Assembly (NCBI RefSeq): GCF_006345805.1
Contig: NC_043017.1
Coordinates: 31,868,001 to 31,932,000 of the forward strand
Direction: 5' to 3'
Length of the DNA: 64,000 nucleotides
Source: Octopus sinensis
Taxonomy: Eukaryota
Shown here: piece by piece, positions 1 through 11,087 of the stretch
Layout of the letters: every line of letters begins with the position of its first letter
Numbering within the stretch: position 1 is the stretch's first letter
The notes under the pieces: model-generated
What the model saw: only the letters and a program-made list of their open reading frames with translations
Database searches by the model: none
What the model was told of the DNA's origin: nothing
Position numbers and translations under genes: made by a program

Positions 1-160
1 GTACTGATGATGTGTGGAAAGCATCCAGCCATAGAAACCAGGCCAAAATCAGACTGGAACCTGGGGCAGCTCTCCAGTTTGCCAGCTCTGGTCAAGCCAT
101 TCAACCCATGCCAGCATGGAAAACGGATGTTACATGATGATAATGATGATGATGATGATG

Positions 161-162
<2 letters not shown>
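1..162 (+). mobile_element. 3' tail of RTE-type LINE/SINE ending in (GAT)n
   Basis: gcatccagcc..gaaac..caacccatgccagcatggaaaacggatgtt..(gat)n; the same tail recurs at ~23575-23735, 33240, 41875, 57865 and 59620-59760, and follows RTE-like coding remnants at 33240-33480 and 41875-42450. Confidence 0.75.
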
Positions 163-194
<32 letters not shown>

Positions 195-395
195 GTTAAT
201 CCAAACAGGAAAACACAAAGAGAAAACACAACGCGAGGACGTGGAACAAGTACAGTATTATTGGACGCTCAGGAAAGAAGGAAAGGAGGGTTTAACGTTT
301 CGAGCAGAGCTCTTCGTCAGAAACATAGGAAAAGGAAAGATCCAAAGAAGGGAAGACGGAGGGGAAAAAATCGCCAACAGTACACATGCGGTAAA
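195..395 (-). mobile_element. Penelope-like (pLTR-derived) fragment carrying a hammerhead motif
   Basis: Contains the minimal type I hammerhead at 290-324, a hallmark of Penelope-like element terminal repeats; bounded by (TA)n. Confidence 0.6.
290..324 (-). ncRNA. Minimal type I hammerhead ribozyme motif
   Basis: Minus strand GUUU-CUGACGA-A-GAGC-UCU-GCUC-GAAA-CG-UU-AAAC: stem I GUUU/AAAC, stem II GAGC/GCUC, palindromic ACGU stem III, GUU cleavage triplet. Confidence 0.75.
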
Positions 396-572
396 ATAAT
401 AAGGGTGAAAAACTGAATATTAATTTCATTAATATCAATTTAAAACCAGTAATCTAGCATATAGAAAAATCTGAAGATTCAGAAAAATTATATTACATAC
501 ATATAAGAGGGATGACCACTAAGTGGACATACCTTATGCTAGAAGTCGACCCCCTATTATAATAATAATAAT

Positions 573-1248
573 GAGTGAGAGAGCAGTGAATGCCATCAAA
601 GTGACACTGGGGTAAAATATATGAAGCCCAGTATGCTCATCTGATAAGGATGCACCAGGCACCTGCATCACAACCATATGTGTGTGACATGGTGATCTCA
701 TATAAAGATAAACAGTGCATGACCTTGCAGGCGGGGACCAGTTAGAATTTTCTTCTGGTTGAGTAACCTATCCCACTCGAAAGGTCCCTGAATAAGGATT
801 GTTTAACCCTCTAGTGTTTAAACCGGCTATATCCGGCCCGAATATTCTACTCATTTTATGCTCAAACTGGCCAGAACCAGCATCTCACACCTACCCTGCA
901 ATGTCATTCTAAAAATAAACAATTACATCTTTCAAATCTTGAAGCTACAAGATAATATCAAATAAATTTTTTTTAATGTAAATGAATAAGGATTACTTCT
1001 GACATATTAATTTGAACGCTAAAGGGTTAAGGATGTTGAACAAACCACTCATGTTTCCAGAGGTGAATTATTCAAACCCCAAAGAATCCCTCTCAACACA
1101 TGGCTATGATGCTCCCCCCACTACATGCTCAACTAGTCACGGTCAAACAACTGATAAGCAAATCTGTCATATTGAGCAGAATATTTACTGTAGCTCATCT
1201 TTTATACCAAGACAAAATAATGTACATGATAACACTTCCAATCAGTTA
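573..1248 (-). mobile_element. ~560-bp non-coding TAA-associated element, 5'-truncated copy interrupted by a TTAA MITE
   Basis: Clearly similar to 12647-13208, 13524-14009 and 39433-39988; flanked by TAA/TTA repeats. Confidence 0.85.
807..1026. mobile_element. piggyBac-like MITE (220 bp)
   Basis: TTAA TSD at 803-806 and 1027-1030; TIRs CCCT(C/T)TAG(T/C)GTT(T/C)AAA; the empty site gtttaaggatg is seen in other copies of the host element; related copy at ~11170-11390. Confidence 0.9.
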
Positions 1249-1320
<72 letters not shown>

Positions 1321-1321
1321 C

Positions 1322-1750
1322 ATTCAGTAGTTTTATTTTTATAGCATGCTTTCACTTCACTACTCTATGTGCCTTGGGTATGTGCTGTGATTTGTTGTGA
1401 TGCTCTGATGGTTATTGTATGGAAAGTGTTCTGCATAGGATGTGTGCAGTGCCTGGTAGTGCAATTTTCTGTATGTTATATGTGTTTGTAAGTCCTGGTG
1501 TTTTTGTTATGTATTTGTCTGAATATTTTTTTATCATGCCTAATGCACCTACTCTGATAGGAATTGTTTCTGTTTTTAGATTCCACATTCTGGTTACCTC
1601 AATTTCCAGGTCTTTGTATTTTGAAAGTTTCTCCATTTCTTTTAGAAACCTGTTGTCATCTGCTGGTATTGATACATCAATTAGAAAGCATTTTTTTTCT
1701 TCATGATCTCTGACAACTATATCTGGTCTGTTGGCCTTAATTTCTCTATC

Positions 1751-1752
<2 letters not shown>
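1322..1752 (-). pseudogene. 3' fragment of R4/Dong-like non-LTR retrotransposon (REL endonuclease + 3' UTR)
   Basis: Translates RPDIVV..LIDVSIP..KLSKYKDLEIEVTRMW..VGALG..GTAHIL; embedded in (TTA)n on both sides. Confidence 0.88.
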
Positions 1753-1811
<59 letters not shown>

Positions 1812-2525
1812 GTTATTATTATTATTAATTATTATTATGAGCATTACATTTGATAGATTAGTGTAAATGCTAATGGGTTAAACAGTAATTTTATATCATA
1901 GAACCAAGGATTGTCGTAGGCAGGTTCACATCAAAGGGGTTAACTGTTTTGCTAGTTAACTCTAAAATAATTCAAGGAAAACAAAAATTGTGATTTTTGT
2001 TTTCCAGGTAGATTTTCCTTTGTTAAAATTTATAGGTGTTTGGCACTTCAGAAATTCACTTGTTGGTGTAATTAATTGTGAAAAATCTGTATAAACAGAA
2101 CACCAATAGCAAAATTAAAGATTTTTTTAATCACAGGAAGCCAAGCTCATGACAAAAAAAAAATGTTTCCCCTGTATTATTTGTTTCTGTGGAATAATTC
2201 ATTCATAAAAATGAATGATGTTGCATGTGGCTTCTAATCATTGGGGGAACAGCTTTGCAACACAGAGAACTGCTACAAGAGTTTAAAAGTTAAAGAGGTT
2301 TTCTAACTTATTTTTAGACTCTATCGAAGCTGTTCAGATTTCATTCTCATATACATCACTTTTCTAGTTTCACTTTCATTTTCATTTCTATCCATACTGG
2401 TGTTGATTTTCTTGTCTTTGAGGACGTGCCACAGTATAGTTGCTGTCCAATGGGTGAAATAAAAGACAAGTAGGTAAAAAGTACCCATCATCAACAACAT
2501 CATTACATCATGATCATTATGGTTT

Positions 2526-3125
2526 CGAGCTGGCAGAAACATTAGCACGCCGGGCGAAATGCTTTGCGGTATTTCGTCTGCCACTACGTTCTGAGTTCAA
2601 ATTCCCTCGAGGTCGACTTTGCCTTTCATCCTTTCGGGGACGATTAAATAAGTACCAGTTATACACTGATGTCGATATGATCGACATAATCCGTTTGTCT
2701 GTCCTTGTTCGTCCCCTCTGTGTTTAGCCCCTTGTGGGTAGTAAAGAAATAGGTATTTTGTCTGCCGCTAACGTTCTGAGTTCAAATTCCGCCAAGGTCG
2801 ACTATGCCTTTCATCCTTTCGGGATTGATTAAATAAGTACCAGTTACGCACTGTGGTCGATATGATCGACATAATCTGTTTGTCTGTCCTTGTTCGTCCC
2901 CTCTGTGTTTAGCCCCTTGTGGGTAGTAAAGAAATAGGTATTTTGTCTGCCGCTAACGTTCTGAGTTCAAATTCCCCCAAGGTCGACTTTGCCTTTCATC
3001 CTTTCAGGGTCAATTAAATAAGTACCAGTTACGCACTGGGGTCGATATAATTGCCTTAATCCATTTGTCTGTCCTTGTTCATCTTCTCTGTGTTTAGCCC
3101 CTTGTGGGCAGTAAAGAAATAGGTT
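2526..3125 (+). mobile_element. tRNA-derived SINE in a head-to-tail array (one head + 3 units of ~184 bp)
   Basis: A-box-like head tggcagaaacattag, B box gagttcaaattcc; units restart at ggtattt at 2568, 2752 and 2937; the central gcctttcatcctttcggggtcgat resembles, from memory, the Meta/Sauria SINE domain. Confidence 0.85.
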
Positions 3126-3404
3126 TATTAGTCACTTTATCATGCTAGCATCTACTTTACCATTTACAGTCTTGTATTGCTAATTGATGTAATCCACTAT
3201 ACTTTCCCCAAAATGTCTAACCATGTATTGAAGTTAGAAATTAACAGAATTATTATTATTAACAGGGAGGTGAGGTGTCAGAATTGTTAGCATACCAGTT
3301 AAAATGCTTAGCAACATTTTATCCATTTTTTACATTTTGAGTTCAAATTCCACTGAGGGCAACATTGCCTTTCATCCCTTTGGGGTTGATAGAAATAAGT
3401 ACCT

Positions 3405-3733
3405 ATTTCTTTATTACCCACAAGGGGCTGAACATAGAGCGGACAAACAAGGACAGACATAGGTATTAAGTCGATTACATCGACCCCAGTGCGTAACTGG
3501 TGCTTAATTTATCGACCCCGAAAGGATGAAAGGCAAAGTCAACCTCGGCGGAATTTGAACTCACAACGTAATGGCAGACGAAATACCGCTAAGCATTTCG
3601 CCCGGCGTGCTAACGCTTCTGCCATCTCACCGCCTTTCAAATAGAAATAAGTACCAGTTGAGCACTGGGGTTGATGGAATTGACTTACCCACTCACCCAA
3701 GATTGCTGGCATTGTGCCAAAATTTGAAACCAA

Positions 3734-3780
<47 letters not shown>

Positions 3781-3975
3781 GTGTGGCAAGCCAGCAGAAT
3801 CGTAAGCGTGCCGGGCATGCTAGCATCCATCTTAATGTTGTTTCGAGTTTGAATTCTGCCAAGGTCGATTTTTGCCTTTCATCCTTTCAGGGTCAATAAA
3901 TTAAGTACCAGTTGAGTAATGGGGGTCAATGTAATCAATTACCTCCCCTCCCCCAAATTTCGGGCCTTGTGCCTA
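3405..3975. mobile_element. Two SINE copies of the same family in opposite orientation (3405-3640 minus; 3780-3975 plus)
   Basis: Same consensus as the 2526 array. Other single copies: ~4605-4740, 17222-17510, 26690-26925, 30720-30930, 40715-40905, 42450-42620, 44130-44290, 47650-47882, 52885-53110, 55545-55665. Confidence 0.8.
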
Positions 3976-3987
3976 TAAGTAGAAAGG

Positions 3988-4123
3988 ACTACTACTACCA
4001 CTACTACTACTACTAATACTAATACTACTACCACTACTACTACTACTAATACTAATACTACTACTACTACTACCACTACTACTACTGCTGCTGCTGCTAC
4101 TGCTGCTGCTGCTGCTACTACTA

Positions 4124-4197
<74 letters not shown>
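3988..4197 (+). repeat. (ACT)n/(GCT)n microsatellite
   Basis: Directly visible. Confidence 0.95.
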
Positions 4198-4198
<1 letters not shown>

Positions 4199-4600
4199 TA
4201 TCCTGCCGTGAGAATGGTAAACTGGAATAATTTCACAATGAGAGCAAGATATACCCTGCAGCCTCTGGTCTCAAGAATTCTTATTACAACCATTTCAGCT
4301 CCAGGCAAAGTAGTTTTCTGCAGTAGTTCCATACTACTTTTGAATTGTAATGTACCAATTTGAGATTCCGAATGAACCAACTATGACTGCAGTTCCACTT
4401 GCCTTCTTGAAATTCCGTGTACTTTTCGGTTCTCTTCCTATGTCGACTATATTTGGTTCCCTTCATTTCTTTCCCTTTCACTTCTTATTTTCTTATTCTT
4501 CAGGATTGTCATGTCAATAACGACATATTTCCTATCTTTCTTGTACAAAACCAAAAATATCTGGCTTTCTGTGTTCTATTACATGGTCGTATTCTATGTT
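4198..4600 (-). pseudogene. Degenerate R4/Dong-like REL-domain 3' fragment
   Basis: Minus strand YDHVIEHRKPDIF.. followed by frameshifted IDMTI and IVG-like motifs. Confidence 0.65.
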
Positions 4601-4949
4601 AAAAGGCGGCGAGGTGGCAGAAACATTAGCACGCCGGGCGAAATGCAACTCATATATCACTGGGGTCGATATAATCAACTTAATCCCCTTGTTTGTCCCC
4701 TCTGTGTTTAGCCCCTTGTGGGTAGTAAAGAAATAGGTAATGATCACACTCGAATGGTGCCCTTTTTACGTGCCACAGCTACGGAAGCCAGTTGGCTGCT
4801 CTGGCAACAATCACAACGATCTGTTTTGAATAAACAAATACTACAGTAGACACCATGAGAGAAACTCCAATGTTGGTTTTCGTCGCAGAATGCCCTCTTA
4901 CTTTTATCACTAGTGGGGAGATAAATCCACGCCACATCCAGTGACGAGA

Positions 4950-4996
4950 CCACCAAATCCCGTAATTTCGACCTTTCTTGGTCTCATCAGTGATGG
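4950..4996 (-). ncRNA. Type I hammerhead ribozyme motif
   Basis: CCAUCA-CUGAUGA-GACC-AAGAAA-GGUC-GAAA-U-UACGGG-A-UU-UGGUGG: 6-bp stem I (one G.U), perfect 4-bp stem II, intact core; predicted cut after AUU between 4956 and 4955. Confidence 0.8.
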
Positions 4997-5174
4997 ATAC
5001 TCAACCGTTTGGGATAGCAGCAACTCATCTCCTCACTAGTGATAGATAGAAAACAGTAACAGGGGTTTATATAATTGAATCTATCCTTACCATAATATTT
5101 CTGGTCTTTCGGTCTCTCTTAGACATTATTATCTACTTCTGTGTCCGTTTTCTCTCAACTCTGTTCTTGTGGAG

Positions 5175-5410
5175 ATTTGTGGCTTAGTGGCCAGGGTGTG
5201 GGACTTATGATCATAACATATGTGGTTTCAATTCCTGGACTGAGCGATGCATTGTGTTCTGGAGCAAAACACTTCATTTCACATTGCTCCAGTCCACTCT
5301 GCTGTTGAAAGTGAGTAATCCTGCCATGGACTAGCTTCCCATCCAGGAGTAATATGTAACACCACAGAAATCAGGAGGAAATAGCACTTTGAGTCTATAT
5401 AACTCGGGAA
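5175..5410 (+). mobile_element. Old tRNA-derived SINE (CORE/V-like); related copy 11415-11690
   Basis: A box tggcttagtgg, B-box-like ggtttcaattcc, then gagcaaaacacttcatttcacattgctccag shared with the 11415 copy. Confidence 0.6.
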
Positions 5411-5539
5411 GAAGCTTTATCCTTTTCTGAGGGTTTTTTTTTTTTTATGATTATGTTCTCATCATCATTGGAATTAATACCAGCATCCCCATCTTGATTG
5501 CTTTATTAACCGTAATCAACACCTGAAGCATGGGTTACA

Positions 5540-5729
5540 ACAACTACTACCCCCCCACCACCACCACCACTATCATTAGATCATTAGAACTACTGCTGCC
5601 ACCACCAGTACTTCCACTTCCATCATTACCACCATCATCATCATCATCATCACAATCGTATAATAAAATTAAATCTAACACCATGTTTACCATCAACATC
5701 ATCATCAGCATCAGCATCATCGTTGCTGC

Positions 5730-5760
<31 letters not shown>

Positions 5761-6490
5761 TTCATATTACTGTCATTGTTAATATCATCATCGTCATCAT
5801 CATCATCAGCATCATCGTTGTTGTCATCGTCATCGCCAATAGCAGCAATGTTTATTTACTTTTCACTGTAATCAGGAATGTCGTTAATCATCATAATATC
5901 GTTAATATCGAAAACATTGACTGCAATCATAATTCACCACCACCACCACCACCGAGACAACATTATTCCTCATTATTTTCATATTAAGTGACATCACCAC
6001 CACCCCACCACCACCACCACCACCACCACCACCATGATTTTCATCATCATCGTCATCATCATCATCATCACCACCACCAGCACCGCCACCATCTCTATCA
6101 TCATCATCATCACCTTCTTGTTGTTGTTGTTCTTCTTCTTCTCCCTCCTCTTCCTCCCCATCCTTCTTCTTCATCTTCATCTTCATTTTCTCTTTCTTCA
6201 TTTCTTTCTTCTTCTGCTTCACCTTCATCTTCTTCTTCTTTTTCAACACCTTCTTCTTCTTCTTCTTCTTCTTCTTCTTTTTCTTCTTCTTCTTCTTCTC
6301 TTCCTCCTCCCTCTCCTCCTCCCCCTCCTCCTCCTCCATCTGTATCGCAAACTATCAGCTCCGAAATTACCTTGTAGCAATTAGTTGTAGGAGTAATCCG
6401 ATTCTCTCTCGCAGCCTCTTTTGTCAGTGTTGTTGTCGTTGTTATTGCAGTTGTTGTTGTCGTTGGCATTCTTGTTGTTGTCATCATTGT
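5540..6490 (+). repeat. Compound trinucleotide tract (CAT/CAC/CTT/CCT/GTT)
   Basis: Directly visible; source of the poly-H/S/E/K ORFs. Confidence 0.9.
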
Positions 6491-6564
6491 TGTTTTTACT
6501 AGTACTGATAGTAGCAGTCAGTTGTAGCAGTGTACTTTATATGTTTTGCATGTGTGGCTGCATG

Positions 6565-6650
<86 letters not shown>

Positions 6651-6717
6651 TGTATATATATATATATATACATATATGTATATATATATATGTATATATA
6701 TATATATGTGTATATAT

Positions 6718-6945
6718 ACATTATTGGTGAATTGAAGAAATGGAGCTGAACGCAGATTGAACAGAAATCGTTTTATTTCATTCTACACGTGTTTCGAAAG
6801 GCACAAATTACCAAAATCCGATTGAATAATGGGACCATATTGGTAATTTTGGTAATTTGTGCCTTTCGAAACACGTGTAGAATGAAATAAAACGATTTCT
6901 GTTCAATCTGCGTTCAGCTCCATTTCTTCAATTCACTAATAATGT
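6718..6945. repeat. Near-perfect fold-back palindrome (two 100-bp arms, 28-nt spacer) from a Penelope-like terminal repeat
   Basis: 6718-6817 is the reverse complement of 6846-6945 with 1 mismatch; contains the hammerhead 3' half GAAA-CACGTG-TA-GAATG; homologous to 49329-49740. Confidence 0.9.
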
Positions 6946-7124
6946 TTTAATTTCAATTATCCGCACCAACGCACGGTTGCAATGCCAGATGGTAGTACCT
7001 CCAACCGTGCTGTTTACTGCTGTGATTTTTGCTACTAAGGTATCGGTTAAACTTTTGATTAATCTACTACAAGATTATTCATCTTTCTATTTCACATAAT
7101 ATATGTATATATATGTATATATAT

Positions 7125-7193
<69 letters not shown>

Positions 7194-7507
7194 CTGTTTT
7201 CGTTTTCCGACTGCGTTAATTTTGTTTTGCAGTTTTCGAATTTCAATTAAAAGACTCTACATTTGCCAACAGCAAAATTATTAGTTATAAAAGCCATTTT
7301 GTCTTGAAGCATTTCAAAATTGAAATGTAATTCAGATTATGAATAATATAATAAACAATTACAGAAACAAATAAATACACAGTTATAAAAACAAAACAAA
7401 AAAAAACATAAACAAAACAACAAAAATACTCGAAAATAAAAATGTAAACGGTTGAAAAGACAAGGACATACAGTCTTCTCTAGGATATATATTATATATA
7501 TATTATA

Positions 7508-7539
<32 letters not shown>

Positions 7540-8594
7540 AATATATATTTACATGTATATATATATATATATTTGTATATATATTTATATAGATGTTGAC
7601 ATATACATATCCATATTTATATCTATCTACCTATATATATATATATATATGTATGTATATTTGTATATATATATGTATGTATATGTATATGTACATATAT
7701 ATATACATATATATATATATGTGTATATATATATACACATATACATATATATATATTTATACACACACACATATTCTCCTATATATATGTGTGTATGCAT
7801 ATAAATATATATACATACATGTGTGTATGCATATAAATATATATACATACATATATGCATGTATATATATGTACATGAGAGTTTGCGATTATTAATATTT
7901 AAACATACACACACACAGACGTTGTGTGTATGCATACATACACACACACACACACATAAAAACACATCCCAATACCCATACACGCACCCGCACCGCACCG
8001 CACAGGGCTAATGTTGTTTTCTTTAACACGTCTCATTCCGTCCCTCCCTCTCTCCTTCCTCCCCCCGTCTCTCCCTCTCTATTCCTCTCTCTCTCTCTTT
8101 TCTCTTTATTATTCCAATTTTTAATTCCTACATACATTTGCTAGTATGTAATTGAATAAAATTATGAACTTGATTGAAGAGAAATAAAATATTAATTCAA
8201 TTGGTTTTCACTGTTTTAGTTTTACCAGATTGGTTTTTACCATGTTCACGCAACATTTCACATTGGGTTACAGGCATTTTTACAGAGACGAGCATCTTTT
8301 CTCGGCTCTCCTTTTAGTATTATAGTCATGTCTTTTCCATTAGTTGTCTAAAATCTAAAATAGGTTACAGTTTCTTATTTAAGCAGTTAAATGCCTGGAA
8401 ACATTAATATGTTTCCACCCTGTTGATCACCGTCACACCACGACCATGACCACCCCTGCCAACTCTGCCAACTCTGACTCTGCTGCCGCCACCGTTGTCG
8501 TGGTCGTCCAATACCTGCATCAAAGATGCTGCTGTTTCTGTTGACATTATCTCTGTTTTTGAGATGTTCCATGTCTGAAGGCTATCAAATGGTA

Positions 8595-8607
<13 letters not shown>

Positions 8608-8631
<24 letters not shown>

Positions 8632-8802
8632 ATGGAATGGTGAGAGAGAAAGAGAGAGGGAGAGGAAGAGAGAGAAAGAGAGAGGGGGGATGGTGGAAGA
8701 GAAAAGGGGGAAAGGGAGAGGAAGAGAGAGAAAGAGAGAGAAATATTGAGACAAGATAATTAGAGAGAAGAAGAGAAAGAGAGAGAGAAAAGGGGGAAAG
8801 AG

Positions 8803-8842
<40 letters not shown>

Positions 8843-10135
8843 GAGACAAGATAATTTGAGAGAAGAAGAGAAAGAGAGAGAGAAAAGGGGGAAAGAGAGA
8901 GGAGAGAGAGAGAGAGAAATATTGAGACAAGATAATTAGAGAGAAGAAGAGAAATAGAGAGAGAAAAGGGTGAAAGAGAGAAGAGAAAGAGAGAGAGAGA
9001 GAGAAATATTGAGACAAGATAATTAGAGAGAAGAAGAGAAAGAGAGAGAGAGAAAGGGGGTGAGAGAGAAGAGGGCAAGAGAGAAGAGAAAGAGAAAGAG
9101 AAAAGAGGAGAGAGAGGGAAAACAAGAAGAAAGATACAATCGGTGAAGGTGAAGGTGAAAGAAAGGAAGAAAGAAGGAAAGAAAGAAAGAAAGAAGGAAA
9201 GAAAGAAAGAAAGAAGGAAAGAAAGAAAGAAAGAATGAAAGAAAGATAGAAAGAAAGAATGAAAGAAAGAAAGAAAGAAAGAATGAAAGAAAGCAAGAAA
9301 GAAAGAATGAAAGAAAGAAAGAAAGAAAGAAAGAAAGCAAGCAAGACAAGAAAGAATGAAAGAAAGAAAGACAGAATGAAAGAAAGAAAGAAAGAAAGAC
9401 AGAATGGAAGAAAGCAAGAAAGAAAGAAAGAATGAAAGAAAGAAAGAAAGAAAGAAAGAATGAAAGAAAGAAAGAAGAAAGCAAGAAAGAAAGAAAGAAA
9501 GAAAGAATGAAAGAAAGAAAGAAAGAAAAAATGAAAGAAAGAAAGAAAGAAAAAATGAAAGAAAGAAAGCAAGAAGAAAGAAAGAATGAAAGAATGAAAG
9601 AAAGAAAGAAAGAAAAAATGAAAGAAAGAAAGCAAGAAGAAAGAAAGAATGAAAGAATGAAAGAAAGAAAGAAAGAAAAAATGAAAGAAAGAAAGAAAAA
9701 ATGAAAGAAAGAAAGAAAGAAGAAAGAAAGAAGAAAGAAAGAAAGAAGAATGAAAGAAAGAAAGAAAGAATGAAAGAAAGCAAGAAAGAAAGAATGAAAG
9801 AATAAAGAAAGCAAGAAAGAATGAAAGAAAGAAAGAAAAAATAAAGAAAGAAAGCAAGCAAGACAAGAAAGAATGAAGAAAGAAAGAAAAAATAAATAAA
9901 GAAAGAAAGAAATAAAGAAAGAAAGAAAAAATGAAAGAAAGAAATAAAATAAATAAAAAATAAAGAAAGAAAGAATAAAGAAAGAAAGAATTAAAGAAAG
10001 AAAGAATTAAAGAAAGAAAGAAGAAAGAAGAAAGAAAGAAAAAAGAAAGAAAAAATAAATAAAGAAAGAAAGAAAAAATAAAAAAAGAAAGAAAAAATGA
10101 AAGAAAGAAAGCAAGAAGAAAGCAAGAAAGAATGA

Positions 10136-10166
<31 letters not shown>

Positions 10167-10200
10167 GAAGAAGGAAAGAAAGAAACTGACAGTTAGAGAA
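8608..10200 (+). repeat. Purine-rich (GA)n / (GAAA)n tract with four ~85-95 bp subrepeats at 8735-9060
   Basis: Repeated gagagaaatattgagacaagataattagagagaagaagag followed by ~1 kb of degenerate GAAA. Confidence 0.92.
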
Positions 10201-10769
10201 GGAGAAATTTAAAAAGGTAGAGGAAGAAAGAAAGGAAGAAAATGATGAATGAATAAATTCTTCAGCCCTCATTCTATTTCCTCATTTCCTGTCAGATTCC
10301 ATTTTATCTTTTTTCATAATTTTTTTTTCTCCAACTACACCGATGGCATTTGCTTCTTACCATGTTAACCATTTCAGCCTGTTACTGGAACTCACTGGTG
10401 GTGCCACCTATTTCATGTGGTCACACTGCATACCATTTTAATTACAAAGAAATATTATTTTTTTTCCTTTGCATTCTTACAATATTTTGTAATTAACCTT
10501 TCTGCATTCCGATTACTCTTTTTACTCTTTCTCTTTTACTCTTTTACTTGTTTCAGTTATTTGACTGCGGCCATGCTGGAGCACCGCCTTTAGTCGAGCA
10601 ACTCGACTCCGGGACTTATTCTTTTTGTAAGCCCAGTACTTATTCTATCGGTCTCTTTTGCCAAACCGCTAAGTGACGGGGACGTAAACACACCAGCATC
10701 AGTTGTCAAGCAATGCTAGGGGCCAAACACAGACACACAAACACCCACGTGCATATATATATATATATA

Positions 10770-11087
10770 TCACCATCACCATCACCATTATGTGACCGAC
10801 GAGACCGTCAGATGTTGCTACACATCGCTGGTCACAATGCGCTTCGCATTGTTTTAGCCTTCAAATGACGCCACCCCGCTGGCTAAGCGAGCAGGCCAAC
10901 AGAAGAAAGAGTGAGAGAAAGTTGTGGTGAATGAGTACAGCATGGATCACCACCCCCTGCCGGAGCCTCGTGGAGCTTTTAGGTGTTTTCGCTCAATAAA
11001 CACTCACAAGCGACCGGTCTGAGAATCAAAACCGCGATCCTACGACCGCGAGTCCGCTGCCCTAACCACTAGGCCATTGCGCCTCCA
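10770..11087 (-). mobile_element. tRNA-derived SINE family 2 (octopus OR/OK-like); other copies ~27625-28082, 41515-41825, 44730-45040, 55665-55745
   Basis: Minus strand tggaggcgcaatggcctagtggttagggcagcggactcgcgg.. with A box and B-box-like segment, conserved body, repeated dispersed copies. Confidence 0.8.

Noticed and set aside
2750-2940. Ribozyme inside the tandem SINE unit (..GACGAAA.. on the minus strand)
   Set aside because: There is no CUGANGA upstream and no stem I partner.
8526-8591. Signal-peptide-like MLLFLLTLSLFLRCSMSEG on the plus strand
   Set aside because: It is followed by a weak donor (gtagct) and runs into (GA)n; no supporting downstream exon was found.
5530-9866. Long ORFs of 100-485 aa (poly-H/E/K/S, FLSF repeats)
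   Set aside because: They are translations of trinucleotide and GAAA repeats that happen to lack stop codons.
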